Shown piece by piece: positions 1 to 7,971 of a stretch of DNA of 43,488 nt. Both the position numbers and the translations under genes were made by a program. This DNA comes from a virus. Lineage: Duplodnaviria > Caudoviricetes. The notes beneath the pieces were generated by a model. The model ran no database searches. It was not told where the DNA came from and worked only from the letters and a program-made list of their open reading frames with translations. The stretch covers positions 1-43,488 of the IMG/VR virus record IMGVR_UViG_3300020045_008791, one strand, 5' to 3'. Numbering within the stretch: position 1 is the first letter of the stretch; every line of letters begins with the position of its first letter.

Positions 1-121
1 TAACGAGCGCACTCCTTTAACTTTATCTATGTTGGCAAACATGTTCTTACCGTCATTGTCGAGCAAATATTCATGAAGAGCGCCGATGTTTGACCACTCG
101 ATCAAACCTTTATTCGGCTTA
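1..121. repeat. Terminal direct repeat, copy 1 (circular assembly overlap)
   Basis: 1-121 is identical to 43368-43488; it lies inside a coding sequence that reads through the junction. Confidence 0.95.
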
Positions 122-137
122 AAGTAGAAAACTTTGC

Positions 138-572
138 TCATTCGAGTTGGATTGTTTCCACATCACCATCCTCGACATCATCGTCCTCGACCTGAACTTC
201 TTTCCCAGCGGAGATGTTTGAGATATCAATGTAATTTATAGCCCCACTCTTTTTCATTTCCAGTATTACTTCATTACCGGGTTCAATCTCTGCAAAGTGC
301 TGGATAAAATATGATAAAGACCCATCCTTGCCAAACTTTTTAACATTGTAAATCTTTTCCTCGCCACTCTCGACAAAAAGATAACGAACGTAATCCTTTT
401 TTGACGTACCATCATCTAGCTTGTATTCCTTGCCTAAAGTTTCTTTGTCGGCCTTGAACGTTACCTTATGTGGCCCAGTGGGTTTTACGCCACCTCCGGG
501 AAGTTTCTTGCCAAGCCTTAGCTTTTGACGGATACCTAGATCAGCCATCAGTTTTTTACTCAGTATACTCAT
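138..572 (-). CDS. Hypothetical protein, possibly ssDNA-binding
   Basis: 144 aa, basic and beta-rich body with an acidic C-tail (VEDDDVEDGDVETIQLE), directly downstream of the exonuclease. Confidence 0.45.
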   Translation of the reverse strand: MSILSKKLMADLGIRQKLRLGKKLPGGGVKPTGPHKVTFKADKETLGKEYKLDDGTSKKDYVRYLFVESGEEKIYNVKKFGKDGSLSYFIQHFAEIEPGNEVILEMKKSGAINYIDISNISAGKEVQVEDDDVEDGDVETIQLE

Positions 573-574
573 GT

Positions 575-1543
575 TTATATTTTTACTTCTAGTAATTTCA
601 AAACATCGAACCCAGCTTCAGACATCTCAGCTATGGCCGCCTTGTTATTGTCGGTCATCTCCTTCTTGTCGCGTAACCTTCCGATAACTCTATTCCACCT
701 TTCAACGATTGAATCATACTTGTCGTCAAACGTGGCCTGATCCGCAAAGCCGTAATTTCTAGTGAGGTATCCTGAGTATGCAACATTGAAGTTCTTGCTG
801 AACCTCTCCGTTTCCTTTTCAAAAACGATCGGTGCTTCCTTTGGAGGTTCTTCTTTGCGGTTATAGTAGTTAGCCATGCGTCCGATTTTCTCTTTGTAAG
901 CGTCCAGTAACCGTGGGTCGTCTGGCATTACCATAACTTCTGCCATACGCAAATCGTCTTTGGATATGTAGAGAACTATCGCAGGTTTCTTTTCATTATA
1001 AGCATAGTGAAAAGCTTGCAGATCGTGTCCAGCAAGGGCTTTCTCTGCTGCATAGACCTTTTCAATCCCGAATGAGGATGTACTTTTGACCTCAATAATT
1101 TGCTCGGGTAATCCATCTGGGTATCTTTCCCTAAAGTAACCCAAGATACTACTTGTCGTTCTGGTAAAGATTTCTGGCAGTTGCCACTTTTTCAATTCCT
1201 CGATGGCCTGTTCATACTTAGGAACACCTCCGGCCAAGTGGTCAAGTTTACCTGAAACTTCAAGCCCAAATTCATTATTTCCTATCCATTTCTGGCTTTC
1301 CTTGTAGATACCACAGCGACGCAATATCAGTTCTACTATCCACTCGAACAAATTACCTGCCTCAAACTTCCTTTTCGATCGGGCATCAAATGGATTACTA
1401 GGCTCAACGCCAATCATTTTGAGGTATATGTCCAGATCAGACTTGCCTAGTTCACTAGCCCAAATCTTGGCTCGCGGCACGGTTGGCCTCTCCTCTTTTT
1501 GCTCAAGACAATCGTTCCAGACTTTTGAGAATGACCAGATCAT
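575..1543 (-). CDS. PD-(D/E)XK (Cas4/RecE-like) exonuclease
   Basis: IWASELG, GNLFE, SGKLD, EVKST and HDLQAFHY motifs in the expected order. Confidence 0.75.
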   Translation of the reverse strand: MIWSFSKVWNDCLEQKEERPTVPRAKIWASELGKSDLDIYLKMIGVEPSNPFDARSKRKFEAGNLFEWIVELILRRCGIYKESQKWIGNNEFGLEVSGKLDHLAGGVPKYEQAIEELKKWQLPEIFTRTTSSILGYFRERYPDGLPEQIIEVKSTSSFGIEKVYAAEKALAGHDLQAFHYAYNEKKPAIVLYISKDDLRMAEVMVMPDDPRLLDAYKEKIGRMANYYNRKEEPPKEAPIVFEKETERFSKNFNVAYSGYLTRNYGFADQATFDDKYDSIVERWNRVIGRLRDKKEMTDNNKAAIAEMSEAGFDVLKLLEVKI

Positions 1544-1722
1544 AGCGATTGTTTAGACTTTTCTAAAGTGTCAATCATACTTTCGACGGTCATGTCAAAA
1601 TCCACATTTATAAAGTCGCTCTTATCATAGGACATTCGTCGTATTACAGAGCTTCTTTTGTCAGATGAATCATTCGGTTCGACTATTATAGTTATTAGGA
1701 ACTCGTTAGGATTTGTACTCAT
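1540..1722 (-). CDS. Hypothetical protein
   Basis: 60 aa, coupled to both neighbours by ATGA overlaps. Confidence 0.7.
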   Translation of the reverse strand: MSTNPNEFLITIIVEPNDSSDKRSSVIRRMSYDKSDFINVDFDMTVESMIDTLEKSKQSL

Positions 1723-1820
1723 AGTGATAATCCGATTATCAAACCTAGTAAAACTATCAAACCTATGGCACTAGACCTCACTCTATTGTTATCAATCCCG
1801 TAACGTTGTTTGTATGTCAT
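1719..1820 (-). CDS. Small membrane protein (33 aa, not in ORF track)
   Basis: MTYKQRYGIDNNRVRSSAIGLIVLLGLIIGLSL; ATGA overlaps at both ends. Confidence 0.65.
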   Translation of the reverse strand: MTYKQRYGIDNNRVRSSAIGLIVLLGLIIGLSL

Positions 1821-2017
1821 TTGTTTTTCTCGTTAATCTCGTCATTTTGACTGTTTATATACCCTATAAACTCATCGGCTGTTAATTTGAGTAACCAAGT
1901 CTCGAAGTGATGTGTCATCTCATCATTATTACCAGAATATATTTTACTGTGCTCCATTCTTAGAAAATTCTCAAACGAGGTAATTTTCTGTGAAACTCTG
2001 TATTGTCTCTTCCTCAT
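1817..2017 (-). CDS. Hypothetical protein (start uncertain)
   Basis: 66 aa in the early operon; stop coupled to the next ATG. Confidence 0.6.
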   Translation of the reverse strand: MRKRQYRVSQKITSFENFLRMEHSKIYSGNNDEMTHHFETWLLKLTADEFIGYINSQNDEINEKNK

Positions 2018-2093
2018 GTTCTTCTTTTTGACTGAATAAATCTGCCGCTAACGACATCGGCATTTTGAACTCAAACTGATCTTCTTGAGTCAT
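1971..2093 (-). CDS. Small acidic protein (40 aa, not in ORF track)
   Basis: MTQEDQFEFKMPMSLAADLFSQKEEHEEETIQSFTENYLV; first ATG after an A-rich leader downstream of the early promoter. Confidence 0.5.
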   Translation of the reverse strand: MTQEDQFEFKMPMSLAADLFSQKEEHEEETIQSFTENYLV

Positions 2094-2230
2094 TGTATTC
2101 TATGTATTTTTTGTTAACCTATAAGTTGAGAATTGAGAGTAACGATATAACCAGTTCGTATGTATTGCTACTTAGTCACCAGTTAGTCGTCCTTCCGATT
2201 CCCATTATCAGACTGTCGCCTGACCCATTT

Positions 2231-2275
2231 AATATAGCAGATACATTTAATATAGCAAGTCCTAACTGTGGATAA
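2231..2275 (-). promoter_or_regulatory. Leftward early promoter with DnaA box
   Basis: TTATCCACA (2275-2267), 8 nt, TTGCTA, 16 nt ending TGC, TATATT; the TGCTATATTAAATG motif is tandemly duplicated here. Confidence 0.7.
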
Positions 2276-2286
2276 CTTTTTACCTA

Positions 2287-2314
2287 TTGACTAAGGGCTA
2301 AAGTGTGATAATGT
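2287..2314 (+). promoter_or_regulatory. Sigma70-like promoter
   Basis: TTGACT-16 nt-TAATGT with TG at the extended -10. Confidence 0.5.
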
Positions 2315-2371
2315 AAAAATGTTCCCTATAGAACATGAGTTTATCTCTTGATTCTTATAAAATATATATTT

Positions 2372-2406
2372 AAGCCATTCCCCAAGTCGGGGAGTGGTTT
2401 TTTGTT
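2372..2406 (+). terminator. Rho-independent terminator
   Basis: AAGCCATTCCCC-aagtc-GGGGAGTGGTTT stem followed by a T-tract. Confidence 0.8.
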
Positions 2407-2763
2407 CGGTTTATAACGGTGAGGGTCGGGTGGGAATAGAAAGGTCTTTACCCTCTCTTATATTCAACTGTATGGTATCCCTTATATCTGGTTACAGTGA
2501 TAGTTACCTTTGTGTCTCTCTCGCTTCCTCGGTATTACCTCTTGGATAGGAGCGCACTTGCCCTAGTAACTGGAGCTTTACCCAATTCATAACGTATGAG
2601 TCATCGGTATGGGAGTCCTTATTCTGCGTTCACCCTATGTGGGTTTAGCTCGATCAGCAGACACTGGAACTTAGTGAGGAGCTTAAACAAAAATCGCCAC
2701 CCCAGTGATGGGTGAGGCGGCTATTTCTGCTCACGAACCCCATCACAGGTTCACGATGTAATC

Positions 2764-2791
2764 ATCATACACGATATACGTCTTAGTGCAA
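2764..2791 (-). promoter_or_regulatory. Leftward promoter into a non-coding region
   Basis: TTGCAC-16 nt-TATGAT on the minus strand. Confidence 0.55.
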
Positions 2792-2800
2792 ATATCATAC

Positions 2801-2845
2801 TTATCCACATGCCGTCTTGATTAGTTTTATCCTATCTGCTATAGT
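2801..2845 (+). promoter_or_regulatory. Rightward promoter with DnaA box
   Basis: TTATCCACA, 7 nt, TTGATT, 17 nt ending TGC, TATAGT. Confidence 0.7.
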
Positions 2846-2887
2846 GAATAGGCCTACAGGAGAAAGTTATAAGTAACAAATTAAGAA

Positions 2888-3463
2888 ATGAAAATACAAT
2901 TTTACAAACGCGATCAAAACGGTCGTTTCAAGGGAACGTGGATACAAAAGACCATACATAGAACTATACAGGCCACCAAACTGGTTATATTCGCGACTGT
3001 GGTACTTTCCCTTACAGGGTGGGCGATTCTATCAGGTATCCACTTGTCACCCCATATAACGCAAGCTAGCGCGCCGGGCGTGATAGATGTTTCGGAAAGA
3101 TTATTCAAGGATAGGGTAGAGGTACTGAAAAATAATATCATTGACACATTGGCTCAATGTGAAAATAAGGGGTACACAGCTGACGGAATTCAGATGATAC
3201 TTGATACCAACCACAAAGCATCCATCGGGCCTCTTATGTTTCAGGTTGATACGGTTATCCATTATCACAAGTTGAGAACCAATGAGAAACTAACTAAGAA
3301 GGATGCAATAATTCTAGCTCTGGATGAGAGTAGGGCTAAAGACTTGGCGAAGTATGTACTCTTTGAGACTCCAAATATGGCCGGTAAAGATTGGGTGAAC
3401 TGCAATAAAAAGTATGGGCTTGATGAACAAATCAAGATTATTAAAAAGATCGCTAACTTATAA
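2888..3463 (+). CDS. Membrane-anchored lysozyme-like/transglycosylase protein
   Basis: TM helix, then LAQCE (catalytic Glu position), SIGPLMFQ and WVNC motifs. Confidence 0.55.
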   Translation: MKIQFYKRDQNGRFKGTWIQKTIHRTIQATKLVIFATVVLSLTGWAILSGIHLSPHITQASAPGVIDVSERLFKDRVEVLKNNIIDTLAQCENKGYTADGIQMILDTNHKASIGPLMFQVDTVIHYHKLRTNEKLTKKDAIILALDESRAKDLAKYVLFETPNMAGKDWVNCNKKYGLDEQIKIIKKIANL

Positions 3464-3465
3464 CT

Positions 3466-3552
3466 ATGAAAGAACCAAATGTGTTAGAAGTATTCGGAGT
3501 AGTGATTGCTGTTGTTGCATTGATTGCGATAATTCTCGCTTACATCGGGTAG
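3466..3552 (+). CDS. Small membrane protein (28 aa, not in ORF track)
   Basis: MKEPNVLEVFGVVIAVVALIAIILAYIG, starting 2 nt after the upstream stop. Confidence 0.6.
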   Translation: MKEPNVLEVFGVVIAVVALIAIILAYIG

Positions 3553-3597
3553 TTTTCCACAACTTAGCATTTACTTTTCGGGTCAGTGTGCTATATT
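3553..3597 (+). promoter_or_regulatory. Promoter with DnaA-box-like site, probably leaderless
   Basis: TTTTCCACA, 8 nt, TTTACT, 16 nt ending TGC, TATATT, 6 nt, ATG (3604). Confidence 0.6.
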
Positions 3598-3603
3598 AAA
3601 TCC

Positions 3604-3840
3604 ATGAAAAAAGTAGTCGTCTTGATGGTGGTGTTGTTTGGTTTATTCTCACCCGTGACGTATGCTGCGGTCTCCTATTTACGATTCTTTAATGAAATGA
3701 TGGTAAATAAAACATCAGTCTTTGTTGAAGTTTGTCGCTTTGCCAAGCCGTCTACGAGAACAGGTGAGTCGCAATATCTGGCTAGCGTGCCACAAGAATT
3801 AAGAACGTTGTGTGAAGATTATTACTCATCAGAAAAATAA
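3604..3840 (+). CDS. Small exported protein
   Basis: Start moved to ATG 3604; signal-peptide-like MKKVVVLMVVLFGLFSPVTYA; two Cys. Confidence 0.65.
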   Translation: MKKVVVLMVVLFGLFSPVTYAAVSYLRFFNEMMVNKTSVFVEVCRFAKPSTRTGESQYLASVPQELRTLCEDYYSSEK

Positions 3841-3843
3841 CAA

Positions 3844-5553
3844 ATGGATAAGACATCAGAGCCGGTTATCGGCGCAGAAGCTCGTAAGAAGATCCTTGCC
3901 GGTGTGAATAAGGTTTACAACGTGGTGCGACTAACTCTCGGCCCAGAAGGGCGTAACGCTCTTCTACCAAGGACATACAATCGTGGGCCACGAAACACCA
4001 ATGACGGTGTGACTATCGCCCAGAATGTGCGTCCCAAGGATGAATACGAGCAACTGGTATCCGAGTATTACAATGAGGGATCGAAGAAAACTAACGAATT
4101 GGTTGGTGATGGAACGACAACTACGGCTGTAATTGCCGGCTTTTTGACTAATCAGATACTGACTGAACTGACGGCCAAGGATATTCCGTCAGCTTCACTC
4201 GTTGGATCAAAGACATCGAGAAAGGGTGTTCGTGCTCTCAGGCAGGAAATGAAGGACGCAAAAGACAAAGTAATCGCTGAAATCAAAGCGATTGCCAAGC
4301 CCATTAAGACGTTAGCTGATCTGGAAAAGATAGCGATTGTTTCAATTGGTAAGGAAGATGAGGGTGTAGCAAAAACTGTAGCAAAGCTAGTCTGGGAAGT
4401 TGGTCGGGATGACGCAGGGAATTTTATAGATAACAACATTGACGTTGTTGAAGGATACAAGGGAGAAGTTGAGACTGAGATCACAAAGGGTATGAAGTTT
4501 TCTGCAAAAGTAGCTCACTCAGCTTTCGTAAATAATCCCGGCAGATTTGAAATGGTAGCAGAAGACGTTGCTGTATTCATAACTAACTACAAACTGGATA
4601 ATCCCTATGAAGTTGTTGGAATCTTGGAAAGAGTTAAGGTTGCAAAAATTGCTATATTCTCTCCAGATTTCTCGCCGGTTGTTATCAAATCTCTCATCGA
4701 GACTACTAAGGGCGGGTTATTTTGTTATCCAATAAAATGTCCGGCATTAAGGACAGAAGTTCTAAAGGACTTGGCCGTATACACGGGTGCGACCGTAATA
4801 GACAAGGACACGGGAGCTAAATTAGCCAATGTTCAAGCCACGGATCTAGGCTTTGCTACTCGCATTATCGTCAAGGACACAGAGAACCGAGAGGATGCGA
4901 CCCTTAGAGGTGGTCGAGGTGAATTAAAGAAGGTTGGCGATGTAAATGCCATTACGGAGAGAATCGAAACTTTGAAGTCCCAACTCAAGGAAGCTAGAAA
5001 TGACGTTACCCGCATCACGTTAGAGAAACGTATAGCAAGTCTCTCATCTGCTGTGGGTATTATCCGAGTAGGAGCAACCACTTCAGCCGAGGGTCTATAT
5101 CTAAAACTCAAGATTGAGGATGGTGTTTACGCATGTAAGGCCGCTCTACAAGAAGGTTATGTTGAGGGTGGTGGTAAATGTTTGAAGAAGATTGCCGAGA
5201 AACTTGAGAAAAATATATTAACTGATGCGCTAGTTGCTCCGTACGACCAGATTCAAAAGAACGCCGGCGGACAATTAGAGATCGGAAAAGAAATCATTGA
5301 CCCGGCCAAGGTTGTGAGACTTGAAGTCGAACACGGGGTATCTGTGGCCTCAATGCTTATCACTGTAGAGATTCTATTACCTGAAACTAAGGAAAAAATG
5401 CCGGGCGATGGTTATGCAGATATTGCTAAGGCAATCAGTCGATATTCGTATTACTGGGCTAAACATCAAGGGCTACTCAAAGCCTCAGAGGATGAAGCTG
5501 AGGCGGATAGGGATAAGGAGTTTGAAAGAGTAATGTTAAATGATAAGGGATGA
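3844..5553 (+). CDS. groEL: GroEL-family chaperonin (divergent)
   Basis: TLGPEGRN, TNDGVTIA, GDGTTT, LEKRIASL, KIEDG and IIDPAKVVR motifs; 569 aa; no GGM tail. Confidence 0.95.
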   Translation: MDKTSEPVIGAEARKKILAGVNKVYNVVRLTLGPEGRNALLPRTYNRGPRNTNDGVTIAQNVRPKDEYEQLVSEYYNEGSKKTNELVGDGTTTTAVIAGFLTNQILTELTAKDIPSASLVGSKTSRKGVRALRQEMKDAKDKVIAEIKAIAKPIKTLADLEKIAIVSIGKEDEGVAKTVAKLVWEVGRDDAGNFIDNNIDVVEGYKGEVETEITKGMKFSAKVAHSAFVNNPGRFEMVAEDVAVFITNYKLDNPYEVVGILERVKVAKIAIFSPDFSPVVIKSLIETTKGGLFCYPIKCPALRTEVLKDLAVYTGATVIDKDTGAKLANVQATDLGFATRIIVKDTENREDATLRGGRGELKKVGDVNAITERIETLKSQLKEARNDVTRITLEKRIASLSSAVGIIRVGATTSAEGLYLKLKIEDGVYACKAALQEGYVEGGGKCLKKIAEKLEKNILTDALVAPYDQIQKNAGGQLEIGKEIIDPAKVVRLEVEHGVSVASMLITVEILLPETKEKMPGDGYADIAKAISRYSYYWAKHQGLLKASEDEAEADRDKEFERVMLNDKG

Positions 5554-5732
5554 TGAATAAGAAGAAACAAAAGGTGTTCGTTGTCAGAAAATATGTCATG
5601 GCCAGTAATGCTGAGGAAGCCTTGAGGAAGGAAAAACAGGTTAAGCCTGACGACTGTTGGCTTGATGATGATTACAAAAAGACTATGTATCAAGATCTGA
5701 AGCCGGCAATGGGTTTCAGGGTGAATACATGA
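5550..5732 (+). CDS. Hypothetical protein
   Basis: 60 aa, ATGA-coupled to groEL; no GroES motifs. Confidence 0.7.
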   Translation: MMNKKKQKVFVVRKYVMASNAEEALRKEKQVKPDDCWLDDDYKKTMYQDLKPAMGFRVNT

Positions 5733-5764
5733 CATTAGGATTTTTGTTCTTTACGATGAATATT

Positions 5765-5905
5765 ATGGGTGGAATAATAACTGGGTTGGCACTGTATGCG
5801 GTTCGATATAGAGCTTATGCGGTTGTTGGGGTGCTAATGACCATCATGGGACTAATCTTGATGATTGATATATACATTTTGACTTGCACATTTATCTTGC
5901 TATAA
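5765..5905 (+). CDS. Small membrane protein (46 aa, not in ORF track)
   Basis: MGGIITGLALYAVRYRAYAVVGVLMTIMGLILMIDIYILTCTFILL; TACGAT -10 lies 7 nt upstream; TAATG overlap with next ORF. Confidence 0.5.
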   Translation: MGGIITGLALYAVRYRAYAVVGVLMTIMGLILMIDIYILTCTFILL

Positions 5906-6111
5906 TGGTAATAATAAAATCACTAAAAGTTCATACAGATAAGGTTGGTCACGGTTATTATCATCGAGTCCACCGTAAGAAGAAAAAGAAATTCAAAGCT
6001 GTTAAACTCATGAGATTCAAGAAAAAATTACTAGAAGATAAATATAAAATAGATGCCACTCTCATCGGCCGCAAGGCAAAAGTACGGAATGAAGAAAATC
6101 AAGAAAGTTAA
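5905..6111 (+). CDS. Small, very basic protein
   Basis: MVIIKSLKVH...RKKKKKFK; start moved to the coupled ATG at 5905. Confidence 0.5.
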   Translation: MVIIKSLKVHTDKVGHGYYHRVHRKKKKKFKAVKLMRFKKKLLEDKYKIDATLIGRKAKVRNEENQES

Positions 6112-6142
6112 AAGGGCTAAGAAAGCTCGAAAGATTTACTAA

Positions 6143-6253
6143 ATGAGTTATGTTTGTGCCAAATGTAAGAAGACAGTAGGACAAATAATGTTTGACAACA
6201 TTAAGAAGATTTGGCTCTGTGTGAAATGTTTTTATAAAGACGAAAAGAAATGA
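6143..6253 (+). CDS. Small zinc-finger protein (36 aa, not in ORF track)
   Basis: MSYVCAKCKK...WLCVKCFYKDEKK has two CxxC pairs; ATGA overlap with TerS. Confidence 0.6.
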   Translation: MSYVCAKCKKTVGQIMFDNIKKIWLCVKCFYKDEKK

Positions 6254-6654
6254 GTACAGAAATTGAAAAACTTGAAAACGGCGAAAAATCAACATGGGGC
6301 GGTAAACGTCCTAATTCTGGTCGTAAACCTTTAATGGACAAGGAACAGCTTGAAGAAGTGAAAGCTCTCATTGCTCAACATGGTGCAGAAGAAGATAACA
6401 TTAGTGTGAGCAGTTCCGACAATGCAATTGAGAAGGGAATAAGAGTTATCGGTCTTTTGAATAAGTTATACGCATTAGGAATTGCAGGAAACGTACCAGC
6501 CGCAAAAGAATATCTCGACAGAGTAATGGGTAAGAGCAAAGAATCAATAGATCACACATCTGGAGGTGAAAGAATAAACGGTGTTGTAATCTTACCATCC
6601 AAAAATGAAAATACATTGGCAACCCCAGCCGAAACAAGCAATAGCTCTAGCTAG
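6250..6654 (+). CDS. Putative terminase small subunit
   Basis: WGGKRPNSGRKP N-terminus, AAKEYLDRVMGK...IDHTSGGE C-terminus; immediately upstream of TerL. Confidence 0.7.
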   Translation: MSTEIEKLENGEKSTWGGKRPNSGRKPLMDKEQLEEVKALIAQHGAEEDNISVSSSDNAIEKGIRVIGLLNKLYALGIAGNVPAAKEYLDRVMGKSKESIDHTSGGERINGVVILPSKNENTLATPAETSNSSS

Positions 6655-7930
6655 GGTTGAAGATGAGATTCTTTATGGTGGAGCAAGAGGCGGAGGAAAA
6701 ACAGACGCTGGTCAAGTATGGCTTTTATACGACAAAGATCATCCTAAATATCGAGCACTTGTAGTCAGAAAGAATGCAGATGATCTAAGAGATTGGATTG
6801 ATCGAGCGAGATATATGTATTCAGGTGTCGGTGCTGTGATTGTTGGTAATCCACCAGAAATACGATTTCCTAACGGTGGAGTGATAAGAACGGGGCACTT
6901 GAAGGATGAGAATGCATACACAAAATACCAAGGACATGAGTATCAACGAGAACTCATTGAAGAGTTGTCACAAATACCCAGAGAAAAAGACTATCTCAAA
7001 CTGATCTCGTCATGTCGCTCATCTGTTCCTGAATTGAAGCCTCAAGTGTTTGCAACTACAAATCCTGATGAACCGGGAATTGATTGGATTCGAGCTAGAT
7101 GGAACATCCCAGAAGTTCCTGATTTCGATAAGGTGTACTCGAACCTAACTCCAGAAGGACGTAGGCTTGTATTTATTCCAGCAAAGTTAGAAGACAATCC
7201 TCTTTTAATGAAGAGTGACCCGAACTATTTGAAGTTCCTTGAGTCACTCAAACGTACAGACTATGAACTCTATGAGGCATGGAGACATGGTAATTGGAAA
7301 GGTTTTGGTGTTGAGGGTGCATACTATCGCGATCAGACTCTTAGAGCTGAGGCTGAAGGAAGAATCACAAGTGTGCCCTATGAAGAAATGCTACCGGTTC
7401 ATACATGGTGTGATCTTGGAATTGGTGACAGCTTCTCAATTGGTTACTTTCAAATTGTAGGAAAAGAATGGCACATGATTGACTACGATGAGTTTGAGGG
7501 CGAGTCGCTTGGGTTTGCGATTAAGAAGATGGAAGAGAAAGGATATAAGTATGGCGAGCATCATGCGCCGCATGACATTGAGGTGAGGGAATTAGGAACT
7601 GGAAAGAGTCGTTGGGAAGTTGCAAAAGGATTGGGTGTTAAATACAAGATCAGTCCTAAGTTACCTGTCTCTGACGGTATCAATGCTGTGAGGATGCGCT
7701 TTTCAACGGTATGGTTTGATAACGTTAAGTGTGAGCTTTTCCTTAAAAGAATCAGACGTTATCACAAAGAATTTGATGACAAGCGTGGCGTGTTCAAGGA
7801 TACTGCCGTACACGACGTGAACTCACACGCAGCCGACATGTTCCGCTATTGGGCAACAGAAAAAGACATAAGTTCCGTTGGTTTTACAACGGCCGCGCCA
7901 TCCTATGTTGGGTATAACAGACGTGCTTGA
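6605..7930 (+). CDS. terL: Terminase large subunit
   Basis: Walker A YGGARGGGKT, Walker B ELIEE, ATTNP, nuclease DLG and SHAADMFRY. Confidence 0.95.
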   Translation: MKIHWQPQPKQAIALARVEDEILYGGARGGGKTDAGQVWLLYDKDHPKYRALVVRKNADDLRDWIDRARYMYSGVGAVIVGNPPEIRFPNGGVIRTGHLKDENAYTKYQGHEYQRELIEELSQIPREKDYLKLISSCRSSVPELKPQVFATTNPDEPGIDWIRARWNIPEVPDFDKVYSNLTPEGRRLVFIPAKLEDNPLLMKSDPNYLKFLESLKRTDYELYEAWRHGNWKGFGVEGAYYRDQTLRAEAEGRITSVPYEEMLPVHTWCDLGIGDSFSIGYFQIVGKEWHMIDYDEFEGESLGFAIKKMEEKGYKYGEHHAPHDIEVRELGTGKSRWEVAKGLGVKYKISPKLPVSDGINAVRMRFSTVWFDNVKCELFLKRIRRYHKEFDDKRGVFKDTAVHDVNSHAADMFRYWATEKDISSVGFTTAAPSYVGYNRRA

Positions 7931-7950
7931 CAATAAAAATATGTTATACT
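7927..7950 (+). promoter_or_regulatory. Possible extended -10 promoter for the head genes
   Basis: TGT-TATACT; a TTGACA is present but only 12 nt upstream. Confidence 0.4.
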
Positions 7951-7971
7951 TGTGTGCAATAAAACTCCAAA

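Noticed and set aside
1-121. 121-bp terminal repeat as a biological DTR
   Set aside because: It is exact, of k-mer-like length and in the middle of ninB, so it is best read as assembler overlap of a circular contig.
575-1543. Cas4-like nuclease as part of a CRISPR system
   Set aside because: No repeat-spacer array or other cas genes are visible; the context is recombination genes.
2150-2185. Hammerhead ribozyme (minus-strand CTGGTGA...CGAA)
   Set aside because: The core departs from CUGANGA/GAAA and I could not build a three-stem junction.
5550-5732. GroES next to groEL
   Set aside because: Only 60 aa, with no PLxDRV or mobile-loop GGI motif.
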